64,000 nt of DNA from Candidatus Aldehydirespirator sp. (GCA_965220345.1 OZ244822.1:2059935-2123934), one strand, 5' to 3'; counted from the stretch's first letter, positions 1-9,011 are shown. The notes: a model not told the origin generated them from the letters alone. Numbers and translations are program-made.

Positions 1-848
1 TTAATTTCGCCAACGTGGCCCGTGCCGCTCGCAAACGCCCGCCGTTCGGTATTGCTCAGATCGGCAAATCGTTCCGTAACGAGATCACTCCAGGGAACTT
101 CGTTTTTCGTACTCGTGAGTTCGAACAGATGGAGATGGAGTATTTCGTGCCACCGGATGAGGCTTCAAGCTGGTTTGAGCATTGGTGCGAAACCCGTATG
201 CAGTGGTATTTAGGTCTCGGGATCCGACCCGAGTTGCTGCGGCTACGTGCCCACGGCGAAGACGAGTTGAGCCATTATTCGTCGGCTACTTCCGATGTTG
301 AATTTTTGTTTCCCTGGGGATGGGACGAGCTTGAAGGAATCGCCAACCGCGGCGACTATGACCTGCGCTGCCATGCTGAGCATTCCGGTGAACGTCTCGA
401 CATTTTTGATCCCACCACCGAAGAGCATTATCTGCCGCATGTGATTGAGCCCGCAGCGGGTGCGACTCGTGCAGCCATGGCTTTTTTGATGTCGGCGTAT
501 CACAGCGAGTTAGTCAACGATGCCGAACGGGTGGTGCTGCGATTGGATCCGCGGCTGGCTCCTTATCAGGTGGCGGTGCTGCCACTTTCACGCAAAGAGG
601 TGCTGGTGCCAGTAGCGAATCAGGTTTTCGATCTGATCAAAGGCGGCTGGAGCTGCGACTACGACGAAACGCAGGCCATCGGCCGCCGCTACCGTCGCCA
701 AGACGAGATCGGCACTCCGCTGTGTGTAACCGTTGATTTCGACACTCTCGAAGACAGCGCTGTGACAGTGCGAGACCGTGACTCCATGGCGCAGGATCGT
801 GTCAGCATTGACCGACTGCCAGCTTTTTTGTCTGAGCGCCTCAGATGA
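1..848 (+). CDS. glyQS: Glycine--tRNA ligase, C-terminal part (5' end outside window)
   Basis: The frame is open to the window edge. [35 protein letters not shown] is the class II GlyRS core, followed by the anticodon-binding region. Stop at 846-848. Confidence 0.9.
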   Translation, partial: NFANVARAARKRPPFGIAQIGKSFRNEITPGNFVFRTREFEQMEMEYFVPPDEASSWFEHWCETRMQWYLGLGIRPELLRLRAHGEDELSHYSSATSDVEFLFPWGWDELEGIANRGDYDLRCHAEHSGERLDIFDPTTEEHYLPHVIEPAAGATRAAMAFLMSAYHSELVNDAERVVLRLDPRLAPYQVAVLPLSRKEVLVPVANQVFDLIKGGWSCDYDETQAIGRRYRRQDEIGTPLCVTVDFDTLEDSAVTVRDRDSMAQDRVSIDRLPAFLSERLR

Positions 849-899
849 CCCGAAGCGGGTGAGTCGCTCCACAACGCCAAGTTAAGTTTTCAATACTTT

Positions 900-929
900 T
901 TGTGTATATCGACTTATTTCAGATACAAT
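900..929 (+). promoter_or_regulatory. Candidate sigma70-type promoter for dnaG
   Basis: TTGTGT (900-905), 18 nt spacer, TACAAT (924-929), in the only AT-rich stretch of the glyQS-dnaG spacer. Sequence-only prediction. Confidence 0.3.
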
Positions 930-935
930 ACAAAT

Positions 936-983
936 GCCGGGGCACCCCCGCGGTTTGTCCGCTCTGGGCGGGGGCGCTCCGGC
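936..983 (+). other. Long GC-rich stem-loop at the predicted start of the dnaG leader
   Basis: 936-951 (gccggggcacccccgc) pairs with 968-983 (gcgggggcgctccggc): about 16 bp with one mismatch and one G-U, and a 16-nt loop. No T-tract follows, so it is not a classical terminator. Confidence 0.4.
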
Positions 984-1076
984 ACTTGGTCCGCTCGGTC
1001 CAGCGAACTGTAGCACTTTGTGAGGACGCAGGCAACGGTCTGTCGGTCTGCGGATCACACTGGTAGTTTCGCGGCG

Positions 1077-2879
1077 ATGGGGATTATCGCTGATGACATA
1101 GCGAAGGTGCGTGCTGCCACAGACATTGTGGCGATCATTGCTGAGCACACCGAGATCAAACGCTCTGGTCGTCAGTGGATGGCTCGCTGCCCGCTGCATG
1201 GTGAGCGCACTCCGTCGTTGTCAGTGTCTCCTGAGAAAGGTGTCTACTACTGTTTCGGCTGTCAGCGCAGCGGCGATGTGATCACTTTCGTGCAAGAGAT
1301 TGAGGGTCTTGACTTCAGTGCCGCAGTCGAGTCTTTGGCAGCACGAGCTGGAATCCAGCTTCACTACACCAGTCGCGACGAAAGCAGCGTTAGGAGTCGC
1401 CGACGCAAACTGCTTGAAGCTGTCGCGGCAGCTAGGGATTTTTATCATCAGAGGCTGCTTGACAGCAAAGACGCTGGACCGGCGCGCAACTATCTGCGGT
1501 CGCGTGGCTATGACGGTGATCTGGTGCGGTGCTGGAAGCTGGGTTGGGCACCTGATGACTGGGATGTTCTCGCTCGGCGCTTGAGGCTTTCCGATGATGA
1601 TCTGCGCGACTCGGGCTTGGGTTTCGTGAACCGCGGCGGTCGTCAGCAGGACTTCTTTCGTGGTCGGATCTTGTTTCCCATAACCAACGAGAAAGGCGAT
1701 CCGGTTGGTTTTGGTGGTCGTGTCATGCCTGATGGTGACGGGCCCAAATATCTGAACACGTCAACCGAAGCCAAGGTTTACGACAAAAGCAAAGTGCTTT
1801 ACGGGTTGCATGACCATCGTCGTCAGATCGTCAAGGAAGGTCAAGCGGTGATCTGTGAGGGCTACACCGATGTGATCGGCTGTGCTGAAGCTGGCTTAGA
1901 GCAGGCTGTAGCGACCTGTGGAACTGCTTTGACCGAAGAACATGTGCGACTACTGAAACGCTTTTCGGCTAATCGGCTGGTGCTGGCTTTCGATGCTGAT
2001 GCTGCTGGTGTTGCTGCTGCGAGCCGTGTTTACGCTTGGGAGCACAAGTTCGAACTTGAAGTGCTTGTGGCTGATTTGCCGTCTGGCAAAGACCCCGGCG
2101 ACCTGAGCCGCAGCGATCCCGCGGCATTGAGATACGCGGTCAAAAACGCTGTGCCGTTGCTGCAGTTTCGTGTGGATCGAGTGCTGGCTGGTGCTGACCT
2201 GTCCACGATTGAGGGGCGTGCCCGAGCTGCTGAGCGTGCAGCGGTATTGGTGCTTGAGCATCCCAAAGAAGTAGTGCGAGACGAACACATCATGGAGATC
2301 GCTGACCGTTGCCTTGTCGAGTCAGCTCAGCTTCGCCGTTTCGCGGCAGCGGTTGGTGCTGGTGGAGATGGCGTTTCCGGCAAAGCTGTGAATGAAGCTC
2401 AGCATGATGATCGTCTTACCCCTGAAGACGAGGCTCTACAGCTGGTGATTCACCGACCTGACGAAGTGGTTGGCTTGCTGCATGGCTCACTTTTTGGTGA
2501 TCCAGCGCACCGTGAGGCGTATGAGGCTTTGGTGAGCGAGGGGGGAGTGGTAGCGGCCTCCGATCAAGTGTCGCTGTCTGCGGCGCAGCTGTTGCATCGG
2601 CTTGCAGTTGATCCTGGCAACGCGTCGGCTGAGGATGTGCTGGCACGGGTAGCTCAACTCTCCGCAAGACGTGCCATGAACAACCTGCGTCGCCTGGCAC
2701 GCTCAGCGTCTGATACTGAGACATCCCGACAGTTCAATGCGAGTTTTGTTTGGATACAGATGCACACTCAGCGCCTTGATGAGCGCATCACCCGCGCTGA
2801 GGCTGTGGCGGAGTTGCTTCCCTGGCTAATTGAGCACGGGCAAAGCCTTGAAGATTCGGCGGGTTCTGTCTCTGGCTAG
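1077..2879 (+). CDS. dnaG: DNA primase
   Basis: Zinc-finger CPLHGERTPSLSVSPEKGVYYCFGC and TOPRIM EGYTDV. ATG at 1077 gives the typical N-terminus MGIIADDI; the ORF-track start at 1020 is probably too long. Confidence 0.92.
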   Translation: MGIIADDIAKVRAATDIVAIIAEHTEIKRSGRQWMARCPLHGERTPSLSVSPEKGVYYCFGCQRSGDVITFVQEIEGLDFSAAVESLAARAGIQLHYTSRDESSVRSRRRKLLEAVAAARDFYHQRLLDSKDAGPARNYLRSRGYDGDLVRCWKLGWAPDDWDVLARRLRLSDDDLRDSGLGFVNRGGRQQDFFRGRILFPITNEKGDPVGFGGRVMPDGDGPKYLNTSTEAKVYDKSKVLYGLHDHRRQIVKEGQAVICEGYTDVIGCAEAGLEQAVATCGTALTEEHVRLLKRFSANRLVLAFDADAAGVAAASRVYAWEHKFELEVLVADLPSGKDPGDLSRSDPAALRYAVKNAVPLLQFRVDRVLAGADLSTIEGRARAAERAAVLVLEHPKEVVRDEHIMEIADRCLVESAQLRRFAAAVGAGGDGVSGKAVNEAQHDDRLTPEDEALQLVIHRPDEVVGLLHGSLFGDPAHREAYEALVSEGGVVAASDQVSLSAAQLLHRLAVDPGNASAEDVLARVAQLSARRAMNNLRRLARSASDTETSRQFNASFVWIQMHTQRLDERITRAEAVAELLPWLIEHGQSLEDSAGSVSG

Positions 2880-2899
2880 CTGATAGCCTCTCAAGCTGA

Positions 2900-2975
2900 T
2901 CCGGGGTAGCTCAACTGGCAGAGCAAGCGGCTGTTAACCGCTAGGTTGTGGGTTCGAGTCCCACCCCCGGAGCCA
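2900..2975 (+). tRNA. tRNA-Asn (GTT)
   Basis: Cloverleaf folded by hand: acceptor TCCGGGG/CCCCGGA, anticodon loop CTGTTAA, T-loop GGTTCGAGTCC, encoded CCA. Confidence 0.9.
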
Positions 2976-3016
2976 ACCGACCATCCTTAGGCTTGAGCAC
3001 CGTGCGTGACGTTTGT

Positions 3017-3093
3017 TGGTACGCCCCCTGGGAATCGAACCCAGAACCTTCGGGTTAAAAGCCCGCTGCTCTACCTGGTTGAGCTAGAGGCGC
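3017..3093 (-). tRNA. tRNA-Lys (TTT)
   Basis: The reverse complement folds as a cloverleaf with anticodon loop CTTTTAA, T-loop TTCGATT and encoded CCA. The acceptor stem contains two G-U pairs, including 1:72. Confidence 0.8.
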
Positions 3094-3105
3094 AAAGCGT
3101 TTCTG

Positions 3106-3178
3106 CGCCCCCGGCAGGACTCGAACCCGCAACCTTCCGGTCCGAAGCCGGACGCTCTTCCAGTTGAGCTACAAGGGC
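3106..3178 (-). tRNA. tRNA-Arg (TCG)
   Basis: Reverse complement GCCCTTGTAGCTCAACTGGAAGAGC..., anticodon loop CTTCGGA, T-loop TTCGAGT. Several G-U pairs in the stems; CCA not encoded. Confidence 0.8.
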
Positions 3179-3179
3179 A

Positions 3180-3265
3180 TGGTGCGGGCGGAGGGACTTG
3201 AACCCTCATAACCATAGGTCGCCGGATTTTAAGTCCGGTGCGTCTGCCAGTTCCGCCACGCCCGC
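3180..3265 (-). tRNA. tRNA-Leu (TAA), long variable arm
   Basis: Reverse complement GCGGGCGTGGCGGAACTGGCAGACGC..., anticodon loop CTTAAAA, long variable arm, T-loop TTCAAGT, encoded CCA. Confidence 0.85.
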
Positions 3266-3306
3266 TTATCAGTCAATCTATAGCAGATTCACGCACCTCC
3301 TGCCGG

Positions 3307-4344
3307 TTAGTTGTGTTCGCTGCCGCCGCTTCGGGTCAAATAGTCAGGATTCACGTATTTGACACGCGCGGCACCTAACTCAGGGTCGCTACGGAGAACA
3401 ACCGATGCGACCACGACACCTTCTCGTAAGCCTCCGCCGAGAGCGCTGGGCTCACGAGCCAGTTCAAGAACGTCTTCATGCACGAACGGTGTGTTATCAG
3501 CGAGCACAGGCACTGTCGGAATGTCGAGAGTGTTCAATGTGGCGAACGCTTCAGATGGTGTCAGCTTCGCATATCCGCAGCGCACAGCGAAACCCAGGAA
3601 GGTCTGCTCGCTCAAGCCGTAGTGCAGGTCTTGCACTTGCGGTCCGACGATTTCGCCGAGCACTTGGATCGGCGCGGCATTGGCATCGCACCATCTCTGC
3701 AAGGCATCGCCGTGTTTGTGCCATGCACGCACATACAGGTTGCGGTCGTTGTCGGGTGCCTCTAGATCGAAACAGCTTTTGCCGAGCATTCCTTTGCTAG
3801 CGACAGCGGGACCATGCTCAGGATGGCAGGCAAGCAAGCACAGCGTGCCGTGAACTTTCTCAGTGATATGAACCGCTTCGCCTGCTTGCATCACATGCGG
3901 ATAAGACTGCCACGATTCAACATCGAACCCGTTTGTCCAAGTGCAGGGCACTGCTATGCCTTGCATCTGTGTCGGGATCGGTGGCACCCATTTCGTGACC
4001 GCGAGCGGTTCAGTCAAGTCATCACCGACAAGCACCTCTTCTACTCCACTGAGATGAGGCGACGACAGCGGTACCAGCAGACCCTGAGACACAACGCCAC
4101 GCAACCGCACCGCTTTCACACGGTTAGAAGCTTTACCGGCGAGGCGTCCCACAAGCCCGAGTTCCTCAATCAGGGAATCAGGCAACACAGACCCTTCTGG
4201 CAAATAGACAGCCAGATCACCGGTAGTGAACGCTCCTTTACCCACCACAGTCTGATAGCCCTGAATGTTGGCTATCTCCAGACGGTCGGCGTTGGGATGC
4301 TCCGTCACTGTCACTTCGACCACTTTGCATGCGAAATCTGCCAC
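3307..4344 (-). CDS. RNA ligase, DRB0094/Rnl5-like (N-terminal OB-like domain plus nucleotidyltransferase domain)
   Basis: N-terminus ...VTEHPNADRLEIANIQGYQTVVGKGAFTTGDLAVYLPEGS resembles the HPNADRL OB module. EKVHGT fits ligase motif I (KxxG). GTG at 4344, with GAAAGG upstream, gives ~345 aa; the ORF track extends to 4446. Confidence 0.7.
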   Translation of the reverse strand: MADFACKVVEVTVTEHPNADRLEIANIQGYQTVVGKGAFTTGDLAVYLPEGSVLPDSLIEELGLVGRLAGKASNRVKAVRLRGVVSQGLLVPLSSPHLSGVEEVLVGDDLTEPLAVTKWVPPIPTQMQGIAVPCTWTNGFDVESWQSYPHVMQAGEAVHITEKVHGTLCLLACHPEHGPAVASKGMLGKSCFDLEAPDNDRNLYVRAWHKHGDALQRWCDANAAPIQVLGEIVGPQVQDLHYGLSEQTFLGFAVRCGYAKLTPSEAFATLNTLDIPTVPVLADNTPFVHEDVLELAREPSALGGGLREGVVVASVVLRSDPELGAARVKYVNPDYLTRSGGSEHN

Positions 4345-4607
4345 GACGCTGCCTTTCTGTTGGTGTGTCCTTATTTCCCAGTTTCTTTCTCGGATGAAGC
4401 GATCTGTCTGCTCGTCTGTGCCGCCGAACGACGCGCCACGAACCATGCCGGACGCGCCTCGGCTGTGTCATCACTAGGAGTTATGTGCCAATAGTAGACA
4501 CCGGTTACGACATCAAGGTGCCCGGTTGCCGCAGTCGTGTCTCACACAGCGGTTAGTGTGGCCTTGACGAGGGTTGCGCTGGTACTGATCCCGAACCGAG
4601 GAGCCGA

Positions 4608-5354
4608 ATGCCTTCACAGCTTCCCGACTACAGCGGCTCGGTGCAGGCTGCCGTGGCCGACTACTGGGCGGTCCGGCGCTCGCAGGCTGACGAGTCTCAG
4701 AGCAGGGGAGTCTTGAACACCGGCATCCGGGCTGAGGTGACGGGAGGACACCACTTAGACGCTTTGCACGATCTCGTAGTCAGTGTGTTCGTGGACGCTG
4801 GCATTCCGGCTCGCTTGATTGACGTGAAGCGTCGCCCGATCGCTGGATACTTCCGGCGTGACAAGAGTTGGGACATCGTGGTAATGGTGGCTGACCGGGT
4901 AGTCGGGATCGTTGAGTTGAAGTCGATGGCGGGCAAGAGTCCGGGCCAGAACTACAACAACCGCACTGACGAGGCGCTCGGCCAGGCTGTCGATGTCTGG
5001 AAGGCGGTGGAGCGTGAGATCATACGTCCGCAGCGCCCGTGGCTTGGCTACTTTATGTTGCTGGAGGACAATGCTGCATTCACCACCCCAGTTTCGTCAC
5101 GCAAGGTCGTATGGTCTCCCGATCCGGCTTTCGATGAGGCAAGTTATGCGGATCGTTATGTGATTTTCTTTGAGCGAATGGTTCGTGAGCGCCTGCTTGA
5201 TGCGGCGTGCGTGATCCTCGCCGACAAGGCTTCGGCAGTTGTTCGCTTCCCGTCGGAGTCGGTCAGCTTCCAGGCTTTTGCGGCGGCCATCCACGGCCGG
5301 TGTCTGCAATTCATGGCGACCAACCCGAATATTGACTGGTCGGCTGGGGAGTAG
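4608..5354 (+). CDS. Type II restriction endonuclease, XhoI/PaeR7I-like family
   Basis: 248 aa. ...GYFRRDKSWDIVVMVADRVVGIVELKSM... contains a D...ExK-type core, and the gene is convergent with an N6-adenine methyltransferase. GAGGAG RBS before ATG 4608. The family call is from memory and not searched. Confidence 0.55.
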   Translation: MPSQLPDYSGSVQAAVADYWAVRRSQADESQSRGVLNTGIRAEVTGGHHLDALHDLVVSVFVDAGIPARLIDVKRRPIAGYFRRDKSWDIVVMVADRVVGIVELKSMAGKSPGQNYNNRTDEALGQAVDVWKAVEREIIRPQRPWLGYFMLLEDNAAFTTPVSSRKVVWSPDPAFDEASYADRYVIFFERMVRERLLDAACVILADKASAVVRFPSESVSFQAFAAAIHGRCLQFMATNPNIDWSAGE

Positions 5355-5387
5355 CTGCTACTTCTTGCGGTTTGGATGTTGATGGGC

Positions 5388-7091
5388 TTATGCCACAGCG
5401 GCGAGGAGGTTGGTTCGATTAATCCCGTATAGGTCGGCAGCTATGGCGGTGGCTGCAAGTCGGTCTCGGTGCCGAAATGCTTCGGTGAGGGCGGCAGCGG
5501 TTGCGGCGCTGATTTCGTCGGGGGCGGGGATGCGTATCTTTCGGAGGTATTGGGCTTGGAATCGATAGGTGCCACCGCGCATCTTCACACAGTATGCACC
5601 CACAAACAGGTTGGCGATGTCCGACAGCAGCAGCCCGCCGAGCACTTCTAAATCCCACTTGTCGGACACCACGTAGTAGAGGTTGTGATGAGGATAGAAG
5701 TCTCCGGTGTCCAGAACGGGGTGAGCTGCTGGCTTCAGATCGGGGAGAAGCAGTTTCGGACGTGCTAGTAGTTCAGGATCGACCCGGTCGATTGTGCGGT
5801 ACCAGGAAGCCGGTCGGCAACGTGCCACATGCCGCTGTTTGATTCTCGTGGCGTTACCTCGAATGTACGCGGCTAGGCCGGGGTAATCATCTAGATCCAC
5901 CAGGCGGCCGTCCTTCCAGGGGTTCACCAGGAAGCGCCCGCCCCAGTTCGGAGTTCCATGAGAGATGTCGGGCGCAGTCAGTATTGGCAGCAGGCGGCAG
6001 GGCTCCACTCCCGAAGCATCCTTAACAACGAAGACATCATCGCAGCCGGTGGCCACGCCGATACCGACTCGGGTGCCTGTGCGCCAGTCCTCCAATGGCG
6101 CGAAACGCTTCTCCAAGTCGGCGATCAACTTCAGAGTGCCAGGAGTCCCAGTAGGCCAATGGTTGCTGTCGGGGAACCATCCTTGGAGCATCCCAGCTTC
6201 GAAGCGGCCTGCACTTGGGACGTTCCCATGGCTGTCGGCATGCCATTGGGCGACGATGCTGGCATCAGTTTCGTCGAAGCCGTCAGCAGTCTCAACGACA
6301 CGGGCTGGACCCTGAGAACCCTTACGAAGAACAGTGATCGCCGGATATGCCGAAACTTTTTCCTCGAAAGCGTCCACGGCGTGCATCGCCATGACTGTGT
6401 CCACTGCGTAGTCGGCGGCGACCAGTGCGCGCAACTGCTGTCCGTAATGGTTGTGCATCCACCGGTCAGCGCAGATGAACGCCAGTCTTCCCTCGGGGCC
6501 GAGCAAAGACAATCCCTTCTCGAAGAAGCCGACGTACAGGTCCGCTCGACCCCGCATGGTGCCGCACTCGGACCGGTAAGCCGCATTGATCTCGGCTGGA
6601 ACGTCTTCGAGCCTGACATATGGGGGGTTGCCGACCACGAAGTCGGCTTGTTGGGTGCCGTCGAGTTCCGCCTCCAGCAGAAAGTCGCCTTGAGTGATCC
6701 ACTCCCTGCTGAGTTTCTCCGCCAACTCGGCTGGCTGCCCGAGTTCTACAAGCTGGGCGGCAGCAGATTCTCGTGCTGCATCGACGTTGCGTGCCAGCAG
6801 ATCGAATGCTCTGATGGCCGTCCCAGTATCGGCAACAGAGCGGCCATGGGTCTCGCAGGACTTCACCAGCCGTTCGATGATCGGAACCAGAAATGCCCCA
6901 GCACCGCAAGCAGGCTCCACTATCACCGAAGCCCCTAAGTCAGTCGAGGCGCGATAGCCAGCCAGATCCAGGATCAAGTCGACGACCCAGCGTCGAGTAA
7001 ACACTTCGCCATGGGCTCCAGCCGGATCGGCTTTCCAAGTCGGCATCGCCCCATCAGTCTCCATCAACTTGGGCTGGCGGTACTGGGTCAT
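5388..7091 (-). CDS. N6-adenine DNA methyltransferase (gamma class, Eco57I/TaqI-like with C-terminal specificity domain)
   Basis: Motif I VEPACGAGAFLV lies upstream of motif IV VVGNPPYV. 567 aa; adjacent to the endonuclease. Confidence 0.85.
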   Translation of the reverse strand: MTQYRQPKLMETDGAMPTWKADPAGAHGEVFTRRWVVDLILDLAGYRASTDLGASVIVEPACGAGAFLVPIIERLVKSCETHGRSVADTGTAIRAFDLLARNVDAARESAAAQLVELGQPAELAEKLSREWITQGDFLLEAELDGTQQADFVVGNPPYVRLEDVPAEINAAYRSECGTMRGRADLYVGFFEKGLSLLGPEGRLAFICADRWMHNHYGQQLRALVAADYAVDTVMAMHAVDAFEEKVSAYPAITVLRKGSQGPARVVETADGFDETDASIVAQWHADSHGNVPSAGRFEAGMLQGWFPDSNHWPTGTPGTLKLIADLEKRFAPLEDWRTGTRVGIGVATGCDDVFVVKDASGVEPCRLLPILTAPDISHGTPNWGGRFLVNPWKDGRLVDLDDYPGLAAYIRGNATRIKQRHVARCRPASWYRTIDRVDPELLARPKLLLPDLKPAAHPVLDTGDFYPHHNLYYVVSDKWDLEVLGGLLLSDIANLFVGAYCVKMRGGTYRFQAQYLRKIRIPAPDEISAATAAALTEAFRHRDRLAATAIAADLYGINRTNLLAAVA

Positions 7092-7248
7092 GAGCTTGAC
7101 CTTTCCAAAAATTACACTGGCGACACTCCATGTGGGCGCACCCTACGGGAGACCTGTGACATGAATACGCAATGCGAGTGCCAGCGAAGCTAGAGCGGTG
7201 TCGGGCGCGGTTGAGGTCGGAGCGATGGGTTGGCGGTAGGGTCGGGGT

Positions 7249-7324
<76 letters not shown>

Positions 7325-7343
7325 TCGCAGCAATCAAGTCTCA

Positions 7344-7373
7344 TCTGTTGCCGTTGGTGTCTGTTGCCGTTGG
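7344..7373. repeat. Tandem direct repeat, 14-nt core TCTGTTGCCGTTGG x2, period 16
   Basis: Exact copies at 7344-7357 and 7360-7373, between the tRNA-Met 3' end and the stop of the 7386..7955 gene. Confidence 0.9.
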
Positions 7374-7385
7374 CGGTGCTGAGGG

Positions 7386-7955
7386 TCAGATTTCGCCTAG
7401 CCACGCCTGGGCACGGTCCAGCAGAAACTCACAAACGCTGCGAGACCTCTCAAGCATGTCGCAGATCATTTCGAGGTCTCGGCCCAGATAGATCAGGCTG
7501 AGCGGCAACGCAATCTGAGCCTCAATGTTGACGGTGCTCTCAGCAGCATCGGTCACAGCTGCAACCCTGTCCACCGATGACACTTGTAAGGGCAGTTCGG
7601 TGCCGCCGATCGACGCAAGTTCGGTAGCTAGCACCAGCAGATCAGGCCCCAGATGCAGCGGCGGCAGCACGAACCCCAGAGTCATCATCACAGCTATCGC
7701 ATCGTCGGGGTCTTCGTCATCGGGACGGCTGGCGACATCGTCTTCAAAGGCCAGCAGGGTGCGGGCTTCGGCATCAATGCAGAGCAGCATGTCCAACGGC
7801 CCTCCGCAGGAATGCTCGGGGTGAAGATCCACTTCCCAGGTTTGCCGGTTGGAGTAGGTCTCCACGAAATGCCGTTCGCCATGCACATGAAAACCGTGCT
7901 CAGAAACGTGATCTTTGAGGTTGGTGACAAATCCGTGCAGATCAATCAGCGACAC
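7386..7955 (-). CDS. Hypothetical acidic protein (189 aa)
   Basis: Long ORF with coding-like composition. No motif I recognise. Confidence 0.5.
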   Translation of the reverse strand: MSLIDLHGFVTNLKDHVSEHGFHVHGERHFVETYSNRQTWEVDLHPEHSCGGPLDMLLCIDAEARTLLAFEDDVASRPDDEDPDDAIAVMMTLGFVLPPLHLGPDLLVLATELASIGGTELPLQVSSVDRVAAVTDAAESTVNIEAQIALPLSLIYLGRDLEMICDMLERSRSVCEFLLDRAQAWLGEI

Positions 7956-8090
7956 TCAGGTCTCCTTTGCATGCTTGGAGAGGTTAGTGCGAAGGCTAGT
8001 CTCTGAAACTGAAGCTACCCCACAAAACTAGTGCGCGTTTTGCGCTGGCCGTGGGATCAGTAGACGATCAACAGAAAGTGCTTCATTCGG

Positions 8091-8858
8091 GTGCCGATGT
8101 CCAAAGATTTCCTTGACGTGCTTAATGCTGCAGCCGATGCTGTGCGGGCTGCGTTGGCGGTGTGCGACGACTGGGGTCCAACCGGTGCCAAGCACGGCCA
8201 ATACGGCTTTGATCTGGCAGCCGATGAAGCGGCTTGTGCAGTCCTGCGACAAGCGGAGCTGCGAGTGCTCAGCGAAGAAAGCGGCCTTGATCACGGTGAC
8301 GGCCCGGTAGCGGTGCTTGACCCGGTGGATGGATCAAGCAACGCAGCCCGAGGCATTCGTTATTTCGCTACCAGCATTTGCGTGCTCGTCTCTGGTCAGC
8401 CCGTGGCTGCGGTGGTGCATGACCATGGCAGCGGCGAACGCTTCGAGGCATCAGCCGGTGGCGGTGCGTTCTGTGACGGCATACGGTTACCGCAGCGCCA
8501 ACGTGAGACCGACCTTGACTGTGCAGTGGTTGCTATAAACGGGCTGGCACCTGGTCTCGGCGGCTGGGCTCAAAGCAGGACGCTAGGCGCTGCTGCATTG
8601 GAGTTGTGTGCGGTGGCAGCCGGACGACTTGACGGGTACATCGACTTCTCGTCTTCGGGTTTGGGCTGCTGGGATTATTTGGGTGCCATGCTGATATGTG
8701 CAGAATCCGGCGTTGATGTTGTTGATGCGGCAGGCCGTGACCTGATCATCGCCGAACATGTCGCAAGAAGATCTCCGATAGCTGCTGCTCCGCTGCTGCT
8801 TGATCAGCTACTGAAGGCTCACAAGCACCTCAACGTCACTAGTCCCAGCGTTCGATAA
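8091..8858 (+). CDS. Inositol monophosphatase family protein (possibly HisN-type histidinol-phosphatase)
   Basis: LSEESG ... LDPVDGSSNAARG metal-binding motifs of the IMPase fold; 255 aa. Confidence 0.8.
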   Translation: MPMSKDFLDVLNAAADAVRAALAVCDDWGPTGAKHGQYGFDLAADEAACAVLRQAELRVLSEESGLDHGDGPVAVLDPVDGSSNAARGIRYFATSICVLVSGQPVAAVVHDHGSGERFEASAGGGAFCDGIRLPQRQRETDLDCAVVAINGLAPGLGGWAQSRTLGAAALELCAVAAGRLDGYIDFSSSGLGCWDYLGAMLICAESGVDVVDAAGRDLIIAEHVARRSPIAAAPLLLDQLLKAHKHLNVTSPSVR

Positions 8859-8861
8859 TTC

Positions 8862-8896
8862 AGCGCATCTGGATTAGCGCATCGGACCAGCGCATC
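8862..8896. repeat. Three copies of AGCGCATC(T)GG at periods 14 and 13
   Basis: AGCGCATC at 8862, 8876 and 8889, just upstream of tRNA-Val. Confidence 0.8.
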
Positions 8897-8933
8897 TGGT
8901 ATCACAGGTTGCACGGTTAGGCTTCTGCGCTGC

Positions 8934-9011
8934 GGGCGCGTAGCTCAGATGGTTTAGAGCGCTTCCCTTACAAGGAAGAAGCCGGGGGTTCGAGTCCCTC
9001 CGCGCCCACCA
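8934..9011 (+). tRNA. tRNA-Val (TAC)
   Basis: Acceptor GGGCGCG/CGCGCCC, anticodon loop CTTACAA, T-loop TTCGAGT, encoded CCA. Confidence 0.9.

Noticed and set aside
882-1199. A 105-aa minus-strand ORF spanning the glyQS-dnaG spacer
   Set aside because: It covers the promoter-like AT-rich block, the hairpin and the dnaG 5' end in antisense. No RBS or motif.
5958-6938. A 326-aa plus-strand ORF and several others antisense to the methyltransferase, plus a 226-aa ORF at 3814..4494 antisense to the RNA ligase
   Set aside because: Long antisense ORFs are typical of GC-rich DNA. They have no motifs and an Arg/Ser/Gly-skewed composition, and the opposite strand carries clear catalytic motifs.
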